From: Acutalibacteraceae bacterium
Lineage (GTDB): Bacteria; Bacillota; Clostridia; Oscillospirales; Acutalibacteraceae
Length of the DNA stretch: 64,000 nucleotides
Assembly (NCBI GenBank): GCA_045640165.1
Contig: JAZUEK010000037.1
Location: forward strand, 833-64,832
Direction of reading: 5' to 3'
In this document: piece by piece, positions 28,296-39,772 of the stretch
How the letters are laid out: every line of letters begins with the position of its first letter
Numbering within the stretch: position 1 is the stretch's first letter
Made by a program: the position numbers and the translations under genes
Notes under the pieces: model-generated
What the model was told of the DNA's origin: nothing
Seen by the model: the letters and a program-made list of their open reading frames with translations, nothing else
The model's database searches: none

Positions 28296-31184
28296 TCAGT
28301 AGTCATACTCCTCTTCCGGCGCGGAGAAATCCGTATACATGTACTCATACCAGCCGTACAGTTCGCCATCATAGTACTCTTTCATGATCAGCATGTTTCC
28401 GTTTTCGTCATAGACGTATTCCCACCGGTATCCATACCAAAGCGTACCGTTTTCATAGCAAGCTTCGCTCGTTCGATTGCCATATTCGTCATAGGAATAG
28501 GTGTATTTCGTGGATACATTTCCGCTTTCGTTGTAATAATAACAGCTCGTCTCGTTACCGTTCTCGTCATAAGTGTAATCCCAAGAATTTTCCCAGTCAA
28601 GCGTTCCGTCTTCCTTATAACAGCGATAGCTCGTCTCGTTGCCGTTCTCGTCATAAGTGTAATCCCAAGAAACGGAGTCCCACCCGCCCCAATCTTCGTC
28701 ATAATACGACCACAGAATACTGCCGTCTTCTTTGTAACAACGACGGCTGGTGCAGTTTCCGTTTGCGTCATAGGTGGAATCCCAAGAAGCGGATACCCAC
28801 TCGCCCCAATCTTCGTCATAATACGCCCACAGAATGCTATCGTCTTCTTTGTAGCAACGGTGGCGCGTCTCGTTGCCGTTCTCGTCGTAAGTGGAATCCC
28901 AAGAGTTCCACCAATAGATAGTACCATCGAAATTATATTCACGGTAGCTCGTCTGATTCCCATTCTCGTCGTAAGTGGAATCCCAAGAGTTCCACCAATC
29001 GATAGTACCATCGGAATCATATTCACGGCAGCTCGTCTGATTCCCATTCTCGTCGTAGGTATATTCCGCACCCACGTACGTGTTGTCAGCCGCCGAATAG
29101 CGGATAGTTTGCAGATGATTCCCGTTCTCATCGTAGATGTTGTCGAAAGAGCTTAACCAACTAATCTCTCCGTTGTTTCGATAGTAACGGCAACTTGTGA
29201 GATGCCCGTTTTCGTCATAGGTACGGTCCCACGCGATCCACCATTTGACGCCATCCTCAGCATCATATTCGCGGTAGCTCGTCCGATTCCCATTTTTGTC
29301 GTAGGTATATTCAAACCAATACAGCGCGCTTCCGTCAGCATCATAGCGATAATAATTTACCAAACACCCATCGGCGTTGTAAGTGTATTTTATCTGATAC
29401 GCCACTTCGCCGTCAGCATCATATCTGCAATAACTCGTCTGGTGTCCGTTCTCATCGTAGGTACAGTCGTAAGAGGTCTCCCAATCAATCGTTCCGTCTT
29501 CTTTATAATAACGGCAGCTCGTCTCGTTACCGTTCTCGTCATAAGTAGAATCCCAAGAAACGAATTCCCACTCTTCCCAGTCTTCGTCATAATACGCCCA
29601 CAGAATGGTGCCATCCTCTTTATAGCAGCGATAGCTCGTCTCATTGCCGTTCTCGTCATAGGTGGAATCCCAAGAACTTTCCCAGTCAAGCGTTCCGTCT
29701 TCCTTATAACAGCGATAGCTCGTCTCATTGCCATTCTCGTCATAGGTGTAATCCCACGAAACGTGCTCCCGCTCGTCCCAGTCTTCGTCATAATACGCCC
29801 ACAGAATACTGCCGTTGTCGTCATATTCGCGGTGACTGGTGCAATTCCCGTTTTTGTCATAGGTACGGTCCCAAGAGCTCCACCAGTCTACACTGCCATC
29901 CCAGCGGTAAGAACGATAACGAATCGGGTTTCCGTTCTCATCGTAAGTGTATTCATAATCCACCCACGAACTACCGTTGTTACTATGATATACCTCTTTC
30001 GCTCTCAAAGCGTTCACGGGGTAGTTCGCCGACGTGTTCGGCGTATACGGTTTGTCGCTGACCAAAATCACCGGGCGAACACCGCAAAGGCAATCTTCAA
30101 GATAGTCGTAACTCACAATGCCGTTGTCACTGACAAAGGACGCGTCACAAGAGCCACCGCCACCCGGAGTGCGCAGCAACCACGACGCCGTCTGTTTTCC
30201 CATCCATTGATCGCCATAGCCGAGATTTTTAAAGCCATACCAATCTTCGTCCACCGTGTTAACAATAGCCGGGAACCACTCTGCCATATACGGCGTCGGC
30301 TCGCCGATAAGCAGGTCGGAATAGGTGTTGTTTTGTTGGTCGGTTTTCAGCTCAAAGTATTTCTCCAACTCTTCCGCAGAAAGCAAGCTCACCTTGTCAA
30401 GCGTCTCCAGTTGCGGTTTGTTTTTCTCGGAAGAAAGCGATTTCGTATACACATGATTGGTCATCAAATACTCTTTCTCATCTTTTGAGAATGCCTCACT
30501 ATAGAAATCGTCGTTTAACCATTCACGCACGCTTCCATAAGAATCCCACTGATAGTTTTCGCAATAGTGCTCGCATTGCATCCGATAATTCAGCACGTAA
30601 CGGCTGAGAAGCAATTTTACGCCGTCTTTTTCTTCCAACACAATCCACTCGATAGGCTCTTCACCATCTTCCCAATCGCCATCTTGCTCATAGGAACCGA
30701 AAAACACCGTTTCGCCGTCGCCATTATACTTTGTCGGCGCAGTGGTCGGTGCGGTCGTCGGTGCAGTGGTCAAGTTGGTACTGCTCGTCGAATTCGTCGC
30801 AGTCGGAACAGTGGTCGGGTTAGTTTCACTCGCCGAACCAGTCTCCGTCGGGGCAATCGTTTCCGTGCCGGTCGCAGTCGGATCGGATATGCCGCCGTTA
30901 ATTTCCGCGATAAGTCCCGCCACAAATTTGCGCACGGTCAGTACGTCTTTCATATTCACCGCGCCGTCGCCGTTGGTGTCAGCAGTAACGAGGTCAATTT
31001 CCGTCTGGATACCGGCGACGTATTTACGTATGGTCAGCACATCTTTCATGTTGATCGTGCCGTCCTTATTGGCGTCACCATAGATAATTTTCGCTTCAGC
31101 TTCTGCCGCAGCAAAAGCCGCCATCCCCACCATCGTGAAAATCACGAGTGCGAGAACGAGAAGGATGGACAGGTGCTTTTTCAT
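28296..31184 (-). CDS. Secreted dockerin-containing YD/RHS-repeat protein
   Basis: 962 aa.
- Signal peptide, then a type-I dockerin (GDANKDGTINMKDVLTIRKYVAG and DTNGDGAVNMKDVLTVRKFVAG).
- A Thr/Pro-rich linker.
- A module with FFGSYEQ...IEWIVLEE...LLLSRYVL...REWLNDDFYSEAF that, from memory, resembles DUF6273.
- About 560 aa of YD repeats (TYDENGNxTSxRxYxxDGT). Confidence 0.85.
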   Translation of the reverse strand: MKKHLSILLVLALVIFTMVGMAAFAAAEAEAKIIYGDANKDGTINMKDVLTIRKYVAGIQTEIDLVTADTNGDGAVNMKDVLTVRKFVAGLIAEINGGISDPTATGTETIAPTETGSASETNPTTVPTATNSTSSTNLTTAPTTAPTTAPTKYNGDGETVFFGSYEQDGDWEDGEEPIEWIVLEEKDGVKLLLSRYVLNYRMQCEHYCENYQWDSYGSVREWLNDDFYSEAFSKDEKEYLMTNHVYTKSLSSEKNKPQLETLDKVSLLSAEELEKYFELKTDQQNNTYSDLLIGEPTPYMAEWFPAIVNTVDEDWYGFKNLGYGDQWMGKQTASWLLRTPGGGGSCDASFVSDNGIVSYDYLEDCLCGVRPVILVSDKPYTPNTSANYPVNALRAKEVYHSNNGSSWVDYEYTYDENGNPIRYRSYRWDGSVDWWSSWDRTYDKNGNCTSHREYDDNGSILWAYYDEDWDEREHVSWDYTYDENGNETSYRCYKEDGTLDWESSWDSTYDENGNETSYRCYKEDGTILWAYYDEDWEEWEFVSWDSTYDENGNETSCRYYKEDGTIDWETSYDCTYDENGHQTSYCRYDADGEVAYQIKYTYNADGCLVNYYRYDADGSALYWFEYTYDKNGNRTSYREYDAEDGVKWWIAWDRTYDENGHLTSCRYYRNNGEISWLSSFDNIYDENGNHLQTIRYSAADNTYVGAEYTYDENGNQTSCREYDSDGTIDWWNSWDSTYDENGNQTSYREYNFDGTIYWWNSWDSTYDENGNETRHRCYKEDDSILWAYYDEDWGEWVSASWDSTYDANGNCTSRRCYKEDGSILWSYYDEDWGGWDSVSWDYTYDENGNETSYRCYKEDGTLDWENSWDYTYDENGNETSCYYYNESGNVSTKYTYSYDEYGNRTSEACYENGTLWYGYRWEYVYDENGNMLIMKEYYDGELYGWYEYMYTDFSAPEEEYDY

Positions 31185-31213
31185 CAGAATTCCTCCTTAA
31201 TAAATATGCATTC

Positions 31214-31243
31214 ATTATACCCCTTATCCCACATTTTTGTCAA
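31214..31243 (-). promoter_or_regulatory. Sigma-A promoter of the dockerin-YD-repeat gene
   Basis: Minus strand reads TTGACA, an 18-nt spacer, then TATAAT. An AAGGAGG RBS lies downstream. Confidence 0.55.
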
Positions 31244-31312
31244 GATGCTCTTTATGTTCAGCGGTAAATCCGGCGGAAATCGTGAACAATTTATAAATCT
31301 TTATAAATGTAC

Positions 31313-31341
31313 TTGCACTTTCCCAAAAAAACGGATACAAT
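31313..31341 (+). promoter_or_regulatory. Sigma-A promoter of the zinc-ribbon membrane protein / galU unit
   Basis: TTGCAC, a 17-nt spacer, then TACAAT. Confidence 0.5.
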
Positions 31342-31374
31342 AGAGGACAGCCACTCTTGAAAGGAGGCGTTTGC

Positions 31375-32382
31375 ATGTTCTTTTCCGAAGGGCAATCCTG
31401 CCCCGTCTGTCAAAAACCGTTCCAAAAAGAAGACGATATCGTCGTGTGCCCCGTATGCGGCGCGCCGCATCACCGCGCATGCTATTTGGAAACCGGTCAT
31501 TGCCACTTTGAGGCCACCCACGGCACGGCTGACCAATGGTCTCGCGACAAAGCGACGGCCGCCGCGCCGAAAACCGCGCAAGCGACTACCCGTCGCTGTC
31601 CTCATTGCGGATTTGACAATCCCGAATTTGCCGAATTCTGCGGCCATTGCGGACGACCCGTAGAAACCGCCGATTTCAGCGAACCGGACGAATCGGAAAA
31701 CCCGAACGCCTCTGCGCCGTTCGGCGGAATGCCGTTTCCCGGCGGCGCGTTCCGCGAATTCACCTACGTCCCGTTCCGCGCCAACGTGCAAAACACCGGC
31801 GGCGTCGATCCTGACGCGGAAATCGGCGACGCAAAAGCGGCGGACGTAGCTCGTGTGGTTGCTCGTAACGAACACTATTATATGCCGACGTTCCAAAAAT
31901 TTGAACAAACCGGAAAATCCGTCAAATGGAACTGGGCGGCGTTCATCTTCACCCCATTCTGGCTTCTCTATCGCAAATGCTATTTGACAGGTGGGTTGAT
32001 GCTGCTCTTCTCGCTGTTGCAACAAGTCATCGTCAACTATATCGAAATCGTCAAACTCGACCTGTTCTCCATCGGCAGCAGTTACGCCGATATGATGGAA
32101 CGCATTCAGGTCTGTATGGCGGACGATTCCCTCAACAAATATCTCACCATCATCTCGCTGTTTACGCTGGTTTCCGCCGTGCTTCACGTATTCTTCGCCT
32201 GTTGCGGCAACGCCATCTACGAGCATTCCTGCCTGACGAAGATTCGCACCGCAAAACAGAAATTCGGCGACGGCTACCGCGATATGCTTCCCGTTGTGGG
32301 CGGCGTATCGGCAGGACTCGCGCTGCTTTCCTACTGCGCGTGGTATTTCCTGCCGCTCGTGCTCGAAACCTTCTTACTGTAA
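31375..32382 (+). CDS. Zinc-ribbon (RING-like) plus DUF2628-like membrane protein
   Basis: 335 aa from the ATG at 31375 (AGGAGG RBS). The Cys clusters are CPVCQ...CPVCGAPHHRAC and CPHCG...CGHCG. The C-terminal TM region includes WNWAAFIFTPFWLLYRK. Confidence 0.6.
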   Translation: MFFSEGQSCPVCQKPFQKEDDIVVCPVCGAPHHRACYLETGHCHFEATHGTADQWSRDKATAAAPKTAQATTRRCPHCGFDNPEFAEFCGHCGRPVETADFSEPDESENPNASAPFGGMPFPGGAFREFTYVPFRANVQNTGGVDPDAEIGDAKAADVARVVARNEHYYMPTFQKFEQTGKSVKWNWAAFIFTPFWLLYRKCYLTGGLMLLFSLLQQVIVNYIEIVKLDLFSIGSSYADMMERIQVCMADDSLNKYLTIISLFTLVSAVLHVFFACCGNAIYEHSCLTKIRTAKQKFGDGYRDMLPVVGGVSAGLALLSYCAWYFLPLVLETFLL

Positions 32383-32395
32383 AGGAGAAATCACT

Positions 32396-33268
32396 ATGGC
32401 AAAAGTCAAAAAAGCGGTCATTCCGGCGGCAGGTCTCGGCACGCGTGTGCTTCCTGCCTCCAAAGTAATGCCGAAAGAAATGCTCCCCATCGTCGATCGC
32501 CCGGCGATTCAGTATATCGTAGAAGAAGCAGTCAAATCCGGTATTGAGGATATTCTTATCATCACCAACCGCGGCAAGGGACTGATCGAAGACCACTTCG
32601 ACCACGCCGTCGAGCTGGAACAGCGCCTCGAAGTCTCCGGCAAACTTGATGACCTCGACGAAGTGCGCCGCATTACCGACCTTGCGAACATCACCTTTGT
32701 GCGCCAAAAAGAGACGAAAGGTCTCGGCCACGCGGTGCTGTGCGCCAAATCGTTCGTCGGCGACGAGCCGTTTGCCGTGCTTTACGGCGACGACGTCATT
32801 ATCGGCGACGACCCTGCCTGCGCCCAACTGTGCCGCGCGTTTGAAGCCCACGGCAAAGGCGTTCTCGGTATCCACGAGGTATCCGCCGAAGCCATCGGCA
32901 AATATAGCTCGGTCAAAATCGAGCCCACCGGCGACGGTTGTTTTTACATATCGGATATGGTCGAAAAGCCGAAGCCGGACGAGGTGATGTCCCCCTACGC
33001 CATTCTCGGCCGCGTGGTGCTCACACCGGACATCTTCCCGATTTTGGAGCAGACCGCGCCCGGTGCCGGCGGCGAAATCCAACTCACCGACGCGATGAAA
33101 ATGCTCGCGCGCACCGTCGGTATGACCGGCGTTCCGTTCACCGGCACGCGCTACGATATGGGCAACAAGCTCGGCATCTTGCAGGCGAACTGCGAAGTCG
33201 CCCTCTCTCGCCCCGACCTCGGTGAAGAATTCAAAGCGTACTTAAAAGAACTCGTCGCCACGTTCTAA
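32396..33268 (+). CDS. galU: UTP--glucose-1-phosphate uridylyltransferase
   Basis: 290 aa. Shows KAVIPAAGLGTRVLPASKVMPKEMLPIVD and the VEKP motif. Confidence 0.92.
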   Translation: MAKVKKAVIPAAGLGTRVLPASKVMPKEMLPIVDRPAIQYIVEEAVKSGIEDILIITNRGKGLIEDHFDHAVELEQRLEVSGKLDDLDEVRRITDLANITFVRQKETKGLGHAVLCAKSFVGDEPFAVLYGDDVIIGDDPACAQLCRAFEAHGKGVLGIHEVSAEAIGKYSSVKIEPTGDGCFYISDMVEKPKPDEVMSPYAILGRVVLTPDIFPILEQTAPGAGGEIQLTDAMKMLARTVGMTGVPFTGTRYDMGNKLGILQANCEVALSRPDLGEEFKAYLKELVATF

Positions 33269-33318
33269 AAAACACATAAAAAAGAGTTGGTGGATTTCGC
33301 TTTTACTTCCGGCGGCGT

Positions 33319-33492
33319 TGTAGGGGTCATTCACGAATGACCCCCTCGCGGTCGGTGCGACATTTCAAAATGGGGCGATTCTTGAATCGCCCCTACAGAC
33401 ACAACTCAAATTCTCTTGTAGGGGCTGGCGTCCCCGACAGTCCATTGGTCGGTGCAAAATTCTAAAACGGCAGGAGCAAGCCCCTGCCCTAC
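33319..33492. repeat. Second cluster of REP/BIME-like GTAG-hairpin elements
   Basis: TGTAGGGGTCATTCacGAATGACCCC lies at 33319-33345. The inverted GGGGCGATTCttGAATCGCCCCTAC lies at 33372-33396. A ~45-nt segment at 33404-33448 closely resembles 6198-6240 by eye. GGCAGGagcaagcCCCTGCCCTAC ends at 33492. Confidence 0.65.
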
Positions 33493-33512
33493 GTCATCAC
33501 CCAAAACAAGTT

Positions 33513-33548
33513 CAAAAAAAGAGCAGGACTTTCGTCCTGCTCTTTTCC
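33513..33548 (-). terminator. Rho-independent terminator of groESL
   Basis: Minus strand reads AGAGCAGGACgaaaGTCCTGCTCT followed by TTTTTTT. Confidence 0.7.
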
Positions 33549-33557
33549 TTATTGGAA

Positions 33558-35201
<1,644 letters not shown>

Positions 35202-35209
35202 TCAAAAAA

Positions 35210-35509
<300 letters not shown>

Positions 35510-35534
35510 TTATGTCAATGAAAAAATAGACGTT

Positions 35535-35561
35535 TTAGCACTCACACTTCGCGAGTGCTAA
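35535..35561. promoter_or_regulatory. CIRCE operator (HrcA binding site)
   Basis: TTAGCACTC-N9-GAGTGCTAA, a perfect consensus inverted repeat between the promoter and groES. Confidence 0.92.
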
Positions 35562-35566
35562 ATCTT

Positions 35567-35594
35567 ATTATAGCCGTTTTTTTGGAAAAATCAA
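35567..35594 (-). promoter_or_regulatory. Sigma-A promoter of groESL
   Basis: Minus strand reads TTGATT, a 16-nt spacer, then TATAAT, immediately upstream of CIRCE. Confidence 0.55.
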
Positions 35595-35640
35595 GCGAAT
35601 TTTGCGAACTTTTTCCATTATTTACGATTTCTTTACAAAA

Positions 35641-35673
35641 CAAAGGCGTAAAGGCTTTTGCCTTTACGCCTTT
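35641..35673 (-). terminator. Rho-independent terminator after the DUF1846 gene
   Basis: Minus strand reads AAAGGCGTAAAGGCaaaaGCCTTTACGCCTTT followed by GTTTTGT. Confidence 0.6.
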
Positions 35674-35684
35674 GAGGTTCTCTC

Positions 35685-37169
35685 TTAGCGATGGAACAGT
35701 TTTTTCGTTTGATAATTCGGCTCGCACGTCACCATAATGCCGAGGTTTTTCAGGGTCTTATCGTCCACCTGAGACAAAATCACCGACGAGTGCAGTTGGC
35801 AATTTTGGAGTTTCGGCAGTTGGTCGAGCGCACGCTTGGCGTTTTCGTCCGTCACAGCGCACACCGACAACGCCAGCAAAATTTCGTCCACGTGCAACCG
35901 CGGATTGTGGTTGCCGAGATAGGCGGTTTTCAGTTGCTGAATCGGCTCGAGCACTTCCGGCGACAAGAGATGAATGCTGTCGTCGGTGCCGCCGAAAATT
36001 TTAAGCGTGTTCAGAAGCACCGACGAACACGCGCCGAGAAGACGCGAGGTTTTGCCGGTCACGAGCGTGCCATCCGGCAACTCGAGCGCGGCGGCAGGCT
36101 CTTCGGTGAGCACTGCTTTTTCCAAAGCCGCCGACACGACCGGACGGTCGGCGAGAGTCACCCCGGCCTGCTTCATCAGCAGTTCGATTTTATAAATCGG
36201 CTCGTCAGGGGCAAGACCTTTACGATTTTCGCACTGTGCGGCATAGTAGCGGCGGATAATTTCCTGCCGTGCGGCATTGCAAACCGCGTCGTCATCCACA
36301 ATACAGTAGCCGGCCATATTCACGCCCATATCCGTCGGCGATTTGTAGGGGCATTCGCCGTAAATCCGCTCGAAAATCGCGGAAAGCACGGGGAAAATCT
36401 CCACGTCGCGGTTGTAGTTGACGGTGGTTTCGCCGTAGGCTTCAAGATGAAACGGGTCAATCATATTCACGTCGTCCAAATCGGCGGTCGCCGCTTCGTA
36501 CGCGAGGTTAACGGGGTGTTTCAAAGGCAAATTCCAAATCGGGAACGTCTCAAACTTTGCGTAGCCGGCGCGGTTGCCGCGTTTGTGCTCGTGATAAAGC
36601 TGAGACAGACACACCGCCATTTTGCCGCTACCCGGTCCCGGTGCCGTCACCACAACGAGGCGGCGCGAGGTCTCGATAAACTGGTTTTTACCATAGCCGT
36701 CGTCGCTGACAATCAGCGGAATGTTCGAGGGGTATCCGGCAATCGTATAGTTGCGATACACCGTCATACCGAGGCTTTCAAGGCGTTTTTCAAACGCCAC
36801 CACCGCCGGTTGGTCGGTGTAACGGGTAATGACCACGCTACCGACGAACAAACCGATACCGCGGAACGCATCAATCAGGCGCAACACGTCCAAGTCGTAG
36901 GTAATTCCAAGGTCGCCGCGCACTTTGTTTTTCTCGATGTCTCCGGCATTGATAGCAATGACGATTTCCGCCTCATCCTTCATTTGGAGAAGCATTCTCA
37001 CTTTACTGTCCGGCTGAAATCCGGGAAGCACACGAGACGCATGGTAGTCGTCGAACAACTTGCCGCCGAATTCCAGATACAGTTTGCCGCCGAACTTTTG
37101 AATGCGCTCACGGATATGCTCCGACTGCATCTTTAGGTATTGATCGTTGTCAAATCCGGTTTTTGTCAT
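35685..37169 (-). CDS. DUF1846 (UPF0371) family protein
   Basis: 494 aa from MTKTGFDNDQYLKMQSEHIRERI. Similarity to this family runs along the whole length (LEFGGKLFDDYHASRVLPGF). The track ORF extends upstream without support. Confidence 0.8.
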   Translation of the reverse strand: MTKTGFDNDQYLKMQSEHIRERIQKFGGKLYLEFGGKLFDDYHASRVLPGFQPDSKVRMLLQMKDEAEIVIAINAGDIEKNKVRGDLGITYDLDVLRLIDAFRGIGLFVGSVVITRYTDQPAVVAFEKRLESLGMTVYRNYTIAGYPSNIPLIVSDDGYGKNQFIETSRRLVVVTAPGPGSGKMAVCLSQLYHEHKRGNRAGYAKFETFPIWNLPLKHPVNLAYEAATADLDDVNMIDPFHLEAYGETTVNYNRDVEIFPVLSAIFERIYGECPYKSPTDMGVNMAGYCIVDDDAVCNAARQEIIRRYYAAQCENRKGLAPDEPIYKIELLMKQAGVTLADRPVVSAALEKAVLTEEPAAALELPDGTLVTGKTSRLLGACSSVLLNTLKIFGGTDDSIHLLSPEVLEPIQQLKTAYLGNHNPRLHVDEILLALSVCAVTDENAKRALDQLPKLQNCQLHSSVILSQVDDKTLKNLGIMVTCEPNYQTKKLFHR

Positions 37170-37361
37170 ACGTCCCACACTCGCTTTCGCTCTGTTTTCA
37201 AACACGAAAATATTATACCGCAAATTTCGTCGGATTTCAAGGGGGAAAATCGGTTTTTTGCGACGATCTTTGATGGAAAAAAACGGGCGGAGAATTGACA
37301 TTCCCCATAGGGTGGAGTATAATAAAAAATGTATGGAAATTAAAAATGGGAGTTTGTCGTT

Positions 37362-38090
37362 ATGTGGACTGCACTTCTTGATATCACGCGCGGTTGTGCT
37401 TTGCCGATGCTTCTTGCGGCTGTGGTCGCGTATCTGCTCGGCAGCATCAATACCGCCATCATTCTCACCAAAGCAAGACAACACGACGATATTCGCGATT
37501 ACGGCTCCGGTAACGCCGGCGCCACCAACGTGCTCCGCACGCAAGGTTGGGGTCCGGCCATTGCCACCGGCTTAGGCGATTTGCTCAAAAGCCTTATCGC
37601 CGTGTTGCTCGGACAATATATTCTCGTCCATTTCAGCGTCGGCGAGTTTGACCCCACCTATCTCAAATTTGTCGGCGGTTACTTGGCAGGGCTCTTTTGT
37701 ATCATCGGCCACCTCTACCCCGTCTATTTCGGCTTCCGTGGCGGCAAAGGCGTGGTTGCCACGCTCGGTCTGGGACTTATTTTGGATTGGCGCGCCGCCG
37801 TGTTGGCGTTGGCGGTTTTCGGTATCGTCGTCGCTCTCACGCGGATGGTCTCCGCCTCTTCCCTTTGCGCCGGTCTCGGTATGGTCGCCGGCACCTTTCT
37901 CTTCCCCACGTTGTTTGACAAGCGCGATTCCACCGTCGTCGGGTTTTGCACCGCGATGATGGGGGTCGCCGTCTTGTTTGTCTTTTTGAAACACATTCCG
38001 AACATTCGCCGCATTTTGAACGGCACCGAAAACCGTTTTGGCGGCGGCACAAAAAAGGAAACGGAAAACACCGAAGAACAAGGAGAGTAA
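37362..38090 (+). CDS. plsY: Glycerol-3-phosphate acyltransferase PlsY
   Basis: 242 aa. Shows GSGNAGATN and FRGGKGVAT motifs. It is followed by gpsA. Confidence 0.9.
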   Translation: MWTALLDITRGCALPMLLAAVVAYLLGSINTAIILTKARQHDDIRDYGSGNAGATNVLRTQGWGPAIATGLGDLLKSLIAVLLGQYILVHFSVGEFDPTYLKFVGGYLAGLFCIIGHLYPVYFGFRGGKGVVATLGLGLILDWRAAVLALAVFGIVVALTRMVSASSLCAGLGMVAGTFLFPTLFDKRDSTVVGFCTAMMGVAVLFVFLKHIPNIRRILNGTENRFGGGTKKETENTEEQGE

Positions 38091-38093
38091 CGT

Positions 38094-39089
38094 ATGGCTA
38101 AAATTACGGTTTTAGGCTCCGGCGGTTGGGGCGCGGCGTTGGCGGTTATGGCACAACGCTTCGGGCACGAGGTAACCCTCTGGTCCCCCTTCCAAAACGA
38201 AATTGACGAGATTCGAGAGCACGGCGAACATCGTCGTCTGCTTCCCGGTGTGGCGATTTCTTCGTCGATGAAACTGACAACCGACGAATCCTGCGTCAAA
38301 GACGCGGATTTGACGCTGATGGTCACTCCGTCCTTCGCGCTTGAGCAAACGGCACAGCGCATTCGCCCGTATTTTCCGGACGGCGGCATTATCGCCATCG
38401 CTACGAAAGGCTTGGAGGAAAACAGTTGCAAACGCTTTTCCCAAATCGTAGAGAGTGCGTTACCGACCGCTCGCGTAGCCGTGCTGTCCGGCCCCTCCCA
38501 CGCGGAAGAAGTCGGGCGCGGTGTTCCCACCTCCGTGGTGGCCGCTTCAAAAGATTTGGACACCGCCAAAGCGGTACAAGATATTCTGATGAACCCCGTT
38601 TTTCGCATCTATACCACCGAAGACGTGGTCAGTGTGGAACTGGGCGGCGCGCTTAAAAACGTCATTGCGCTGTCTGCCGGCATCTGTGACGGACTCCAGA
38701 TGGGCGACAACACCAAAGCCGCCCTAATGACTCGCGGACTCGCGGAAATGATGCGTCTCGGCGCCGCCGCCGGCGGAAACGAGCGCACTTTCTCCGGCCT
38801 TTCCGGTATGGGCGACCTCATCGTCACCTGCGGCAGTATGCACAGCCGCAACCGCCGTGCCGGTATCCTCATCGGTCAAGGAACCAAGCCGGAAGACGCC
38901 ATCAAAGCCGTCGGCACGGTGGAGGGCTATTTGGCGGTCAAAACCGCGGTACGCCTTGCCAAAGAGTACGGTGTCGAGATGCCCATCACCGAGGCTTGCT
39001 ATCGCGTATGTTACGAGGGAGAATCCCCCCGTAACGCCATTGACTTTTTAATGGGACGCCCGAAAAAGCACGAAACCGACGACGTGTAA
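38094..39089 (+). CDS. gpsA: NAD(P)H-dependent glycerol-3-phosphate dehydrogenase
   Basis: 331 aa. Shows VLGSGGWGAALA, GPSHAEEV and GALKNVIA motifs. Confidence 0.93.
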   Translation: MAKITVLGSGGWGAALAVMAQRFGHEVTLWSPFQNEIDEIREHGEHRRLLPGVAISSSMKLTTDESCVKDADLTLMVTPSFALEQTAQRIRPYFPDGGIIAIATKGLEENSCKRFSQIVESALPTARVAVLSGPSHAEEVGRGVPTSVVAASKDLDTAKAVQDILMNPVFRIYTTEDVVSVELGGALKNVIALSAGICDGLQMGDNTKAALMTRGLAEMMRLGAAAGGNERTFSGLSGMGDLIVTCGSMHSRNRRAGILIGQGTKPEDAIKAVGTVEGYLAVKTAVRLAKEYGVEMPITEACYRVCYEGESPRNAIDFLMGRPKKHETDDV

Positions 39090-39112
39090 CCCATCATCCT
39101 CTCCGTTATAAA

Positions 39113-39158
39113 ATAACAAAAAACAACCCCCTCTGTACAACGTACAGAGGGGGTTTTG
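39113..39158. terminator. Bidirectional terminator between gpsA and the pilus operon
   Basis: CCCCCTCTGTACaacGTACAGAGGGGG with T-runs on both strands. Confidence 0.7.
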
Positions 39159-39169
39159 TATAGGGTCAA

Positions 39170-39772
39170 TTAGTAGGTTTCTTCTTCCACTTTCGGGGTC
39201 TCTTCATACTCGAAGATAGCGATGTTGGTCGAAACCGAAGCGCTCTCTTGATTGTTTTCGCCTTGCGACACCGAGAACGTGATGTTATTAAGAAGACAAC
39301 CATGCTCCATCTCGTTAAACTGACGAAGAACATTGTAGGCATCCTCGCGCGAATTGGCTTTGAACGTCACGGCAATATCACGGCGCCAGCAGTTTTCACC
39401 GCGAGACGGCGTGGTAAAGTTCAGCGAGAACGTATCCGTCACACCGAGAATCTGGTTGACCTCATCGGTCAACTGCACCAAGTTGTTGTAATCGGCAATT
39501 TTCGTGAAGTCGGTGACCGTCTCGTCATCGTCATCCAACGAAAGACCGAGGTCTTCCATCCAACCTTTGAGCACGTTGATGTCTTCCACCACACCGGCGT
39601 TCTCATCAGTGGTCGCTTGAATTAAACCGCCGCCTTGACCTTCCGCGCCACGCAGTTCTTCAATGCGCGATTTGGTCGGCGTAAAGAAGAGCATATACCA
39701 CAAAGCGGCCACAACGACGAGCGCCAAAATGCCCATCATAATCTTATCACGACTACTCATCTTGTTCGTCAT
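39170..39772 (-). CDS. pilO: PilO-like type IV pilus assembly protein
   Basis: 200 aa. Architecture is an N-terminal TM helix, a short coiled coil and a C-terminal globular domain. It is the last gene after pilM-pilN. The call rests on architecture and synteny only. Confidence 0.55.
   Translation of the reverse strand: MTNKMSSRDKIMMGILALVVVAALWYMLFFTPTKSRIEELRGAEGQGGGLIQATTDENAGVVEDINVLKGWMEDLGLSLDDDDETVTDFTKIADYNNLVQLTDEVNQILGVTDTFSLNFTTPSRGENCWRRDIAVTFKANSREDAYNVLRQFNEMEHGCLLNNITFSVSQGENNQESASVSTNIAIFEYEETPKVEEETY

Noticed and set aside
28400-29900. Regularly spaced near-identical DNA repeats that could superficially resemble a CRISPR array
   Set aside because: The periodicity is in frame and encodes YD repeats of the dockerin protein. 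There are no unique spacers, no leader and no cas genes.
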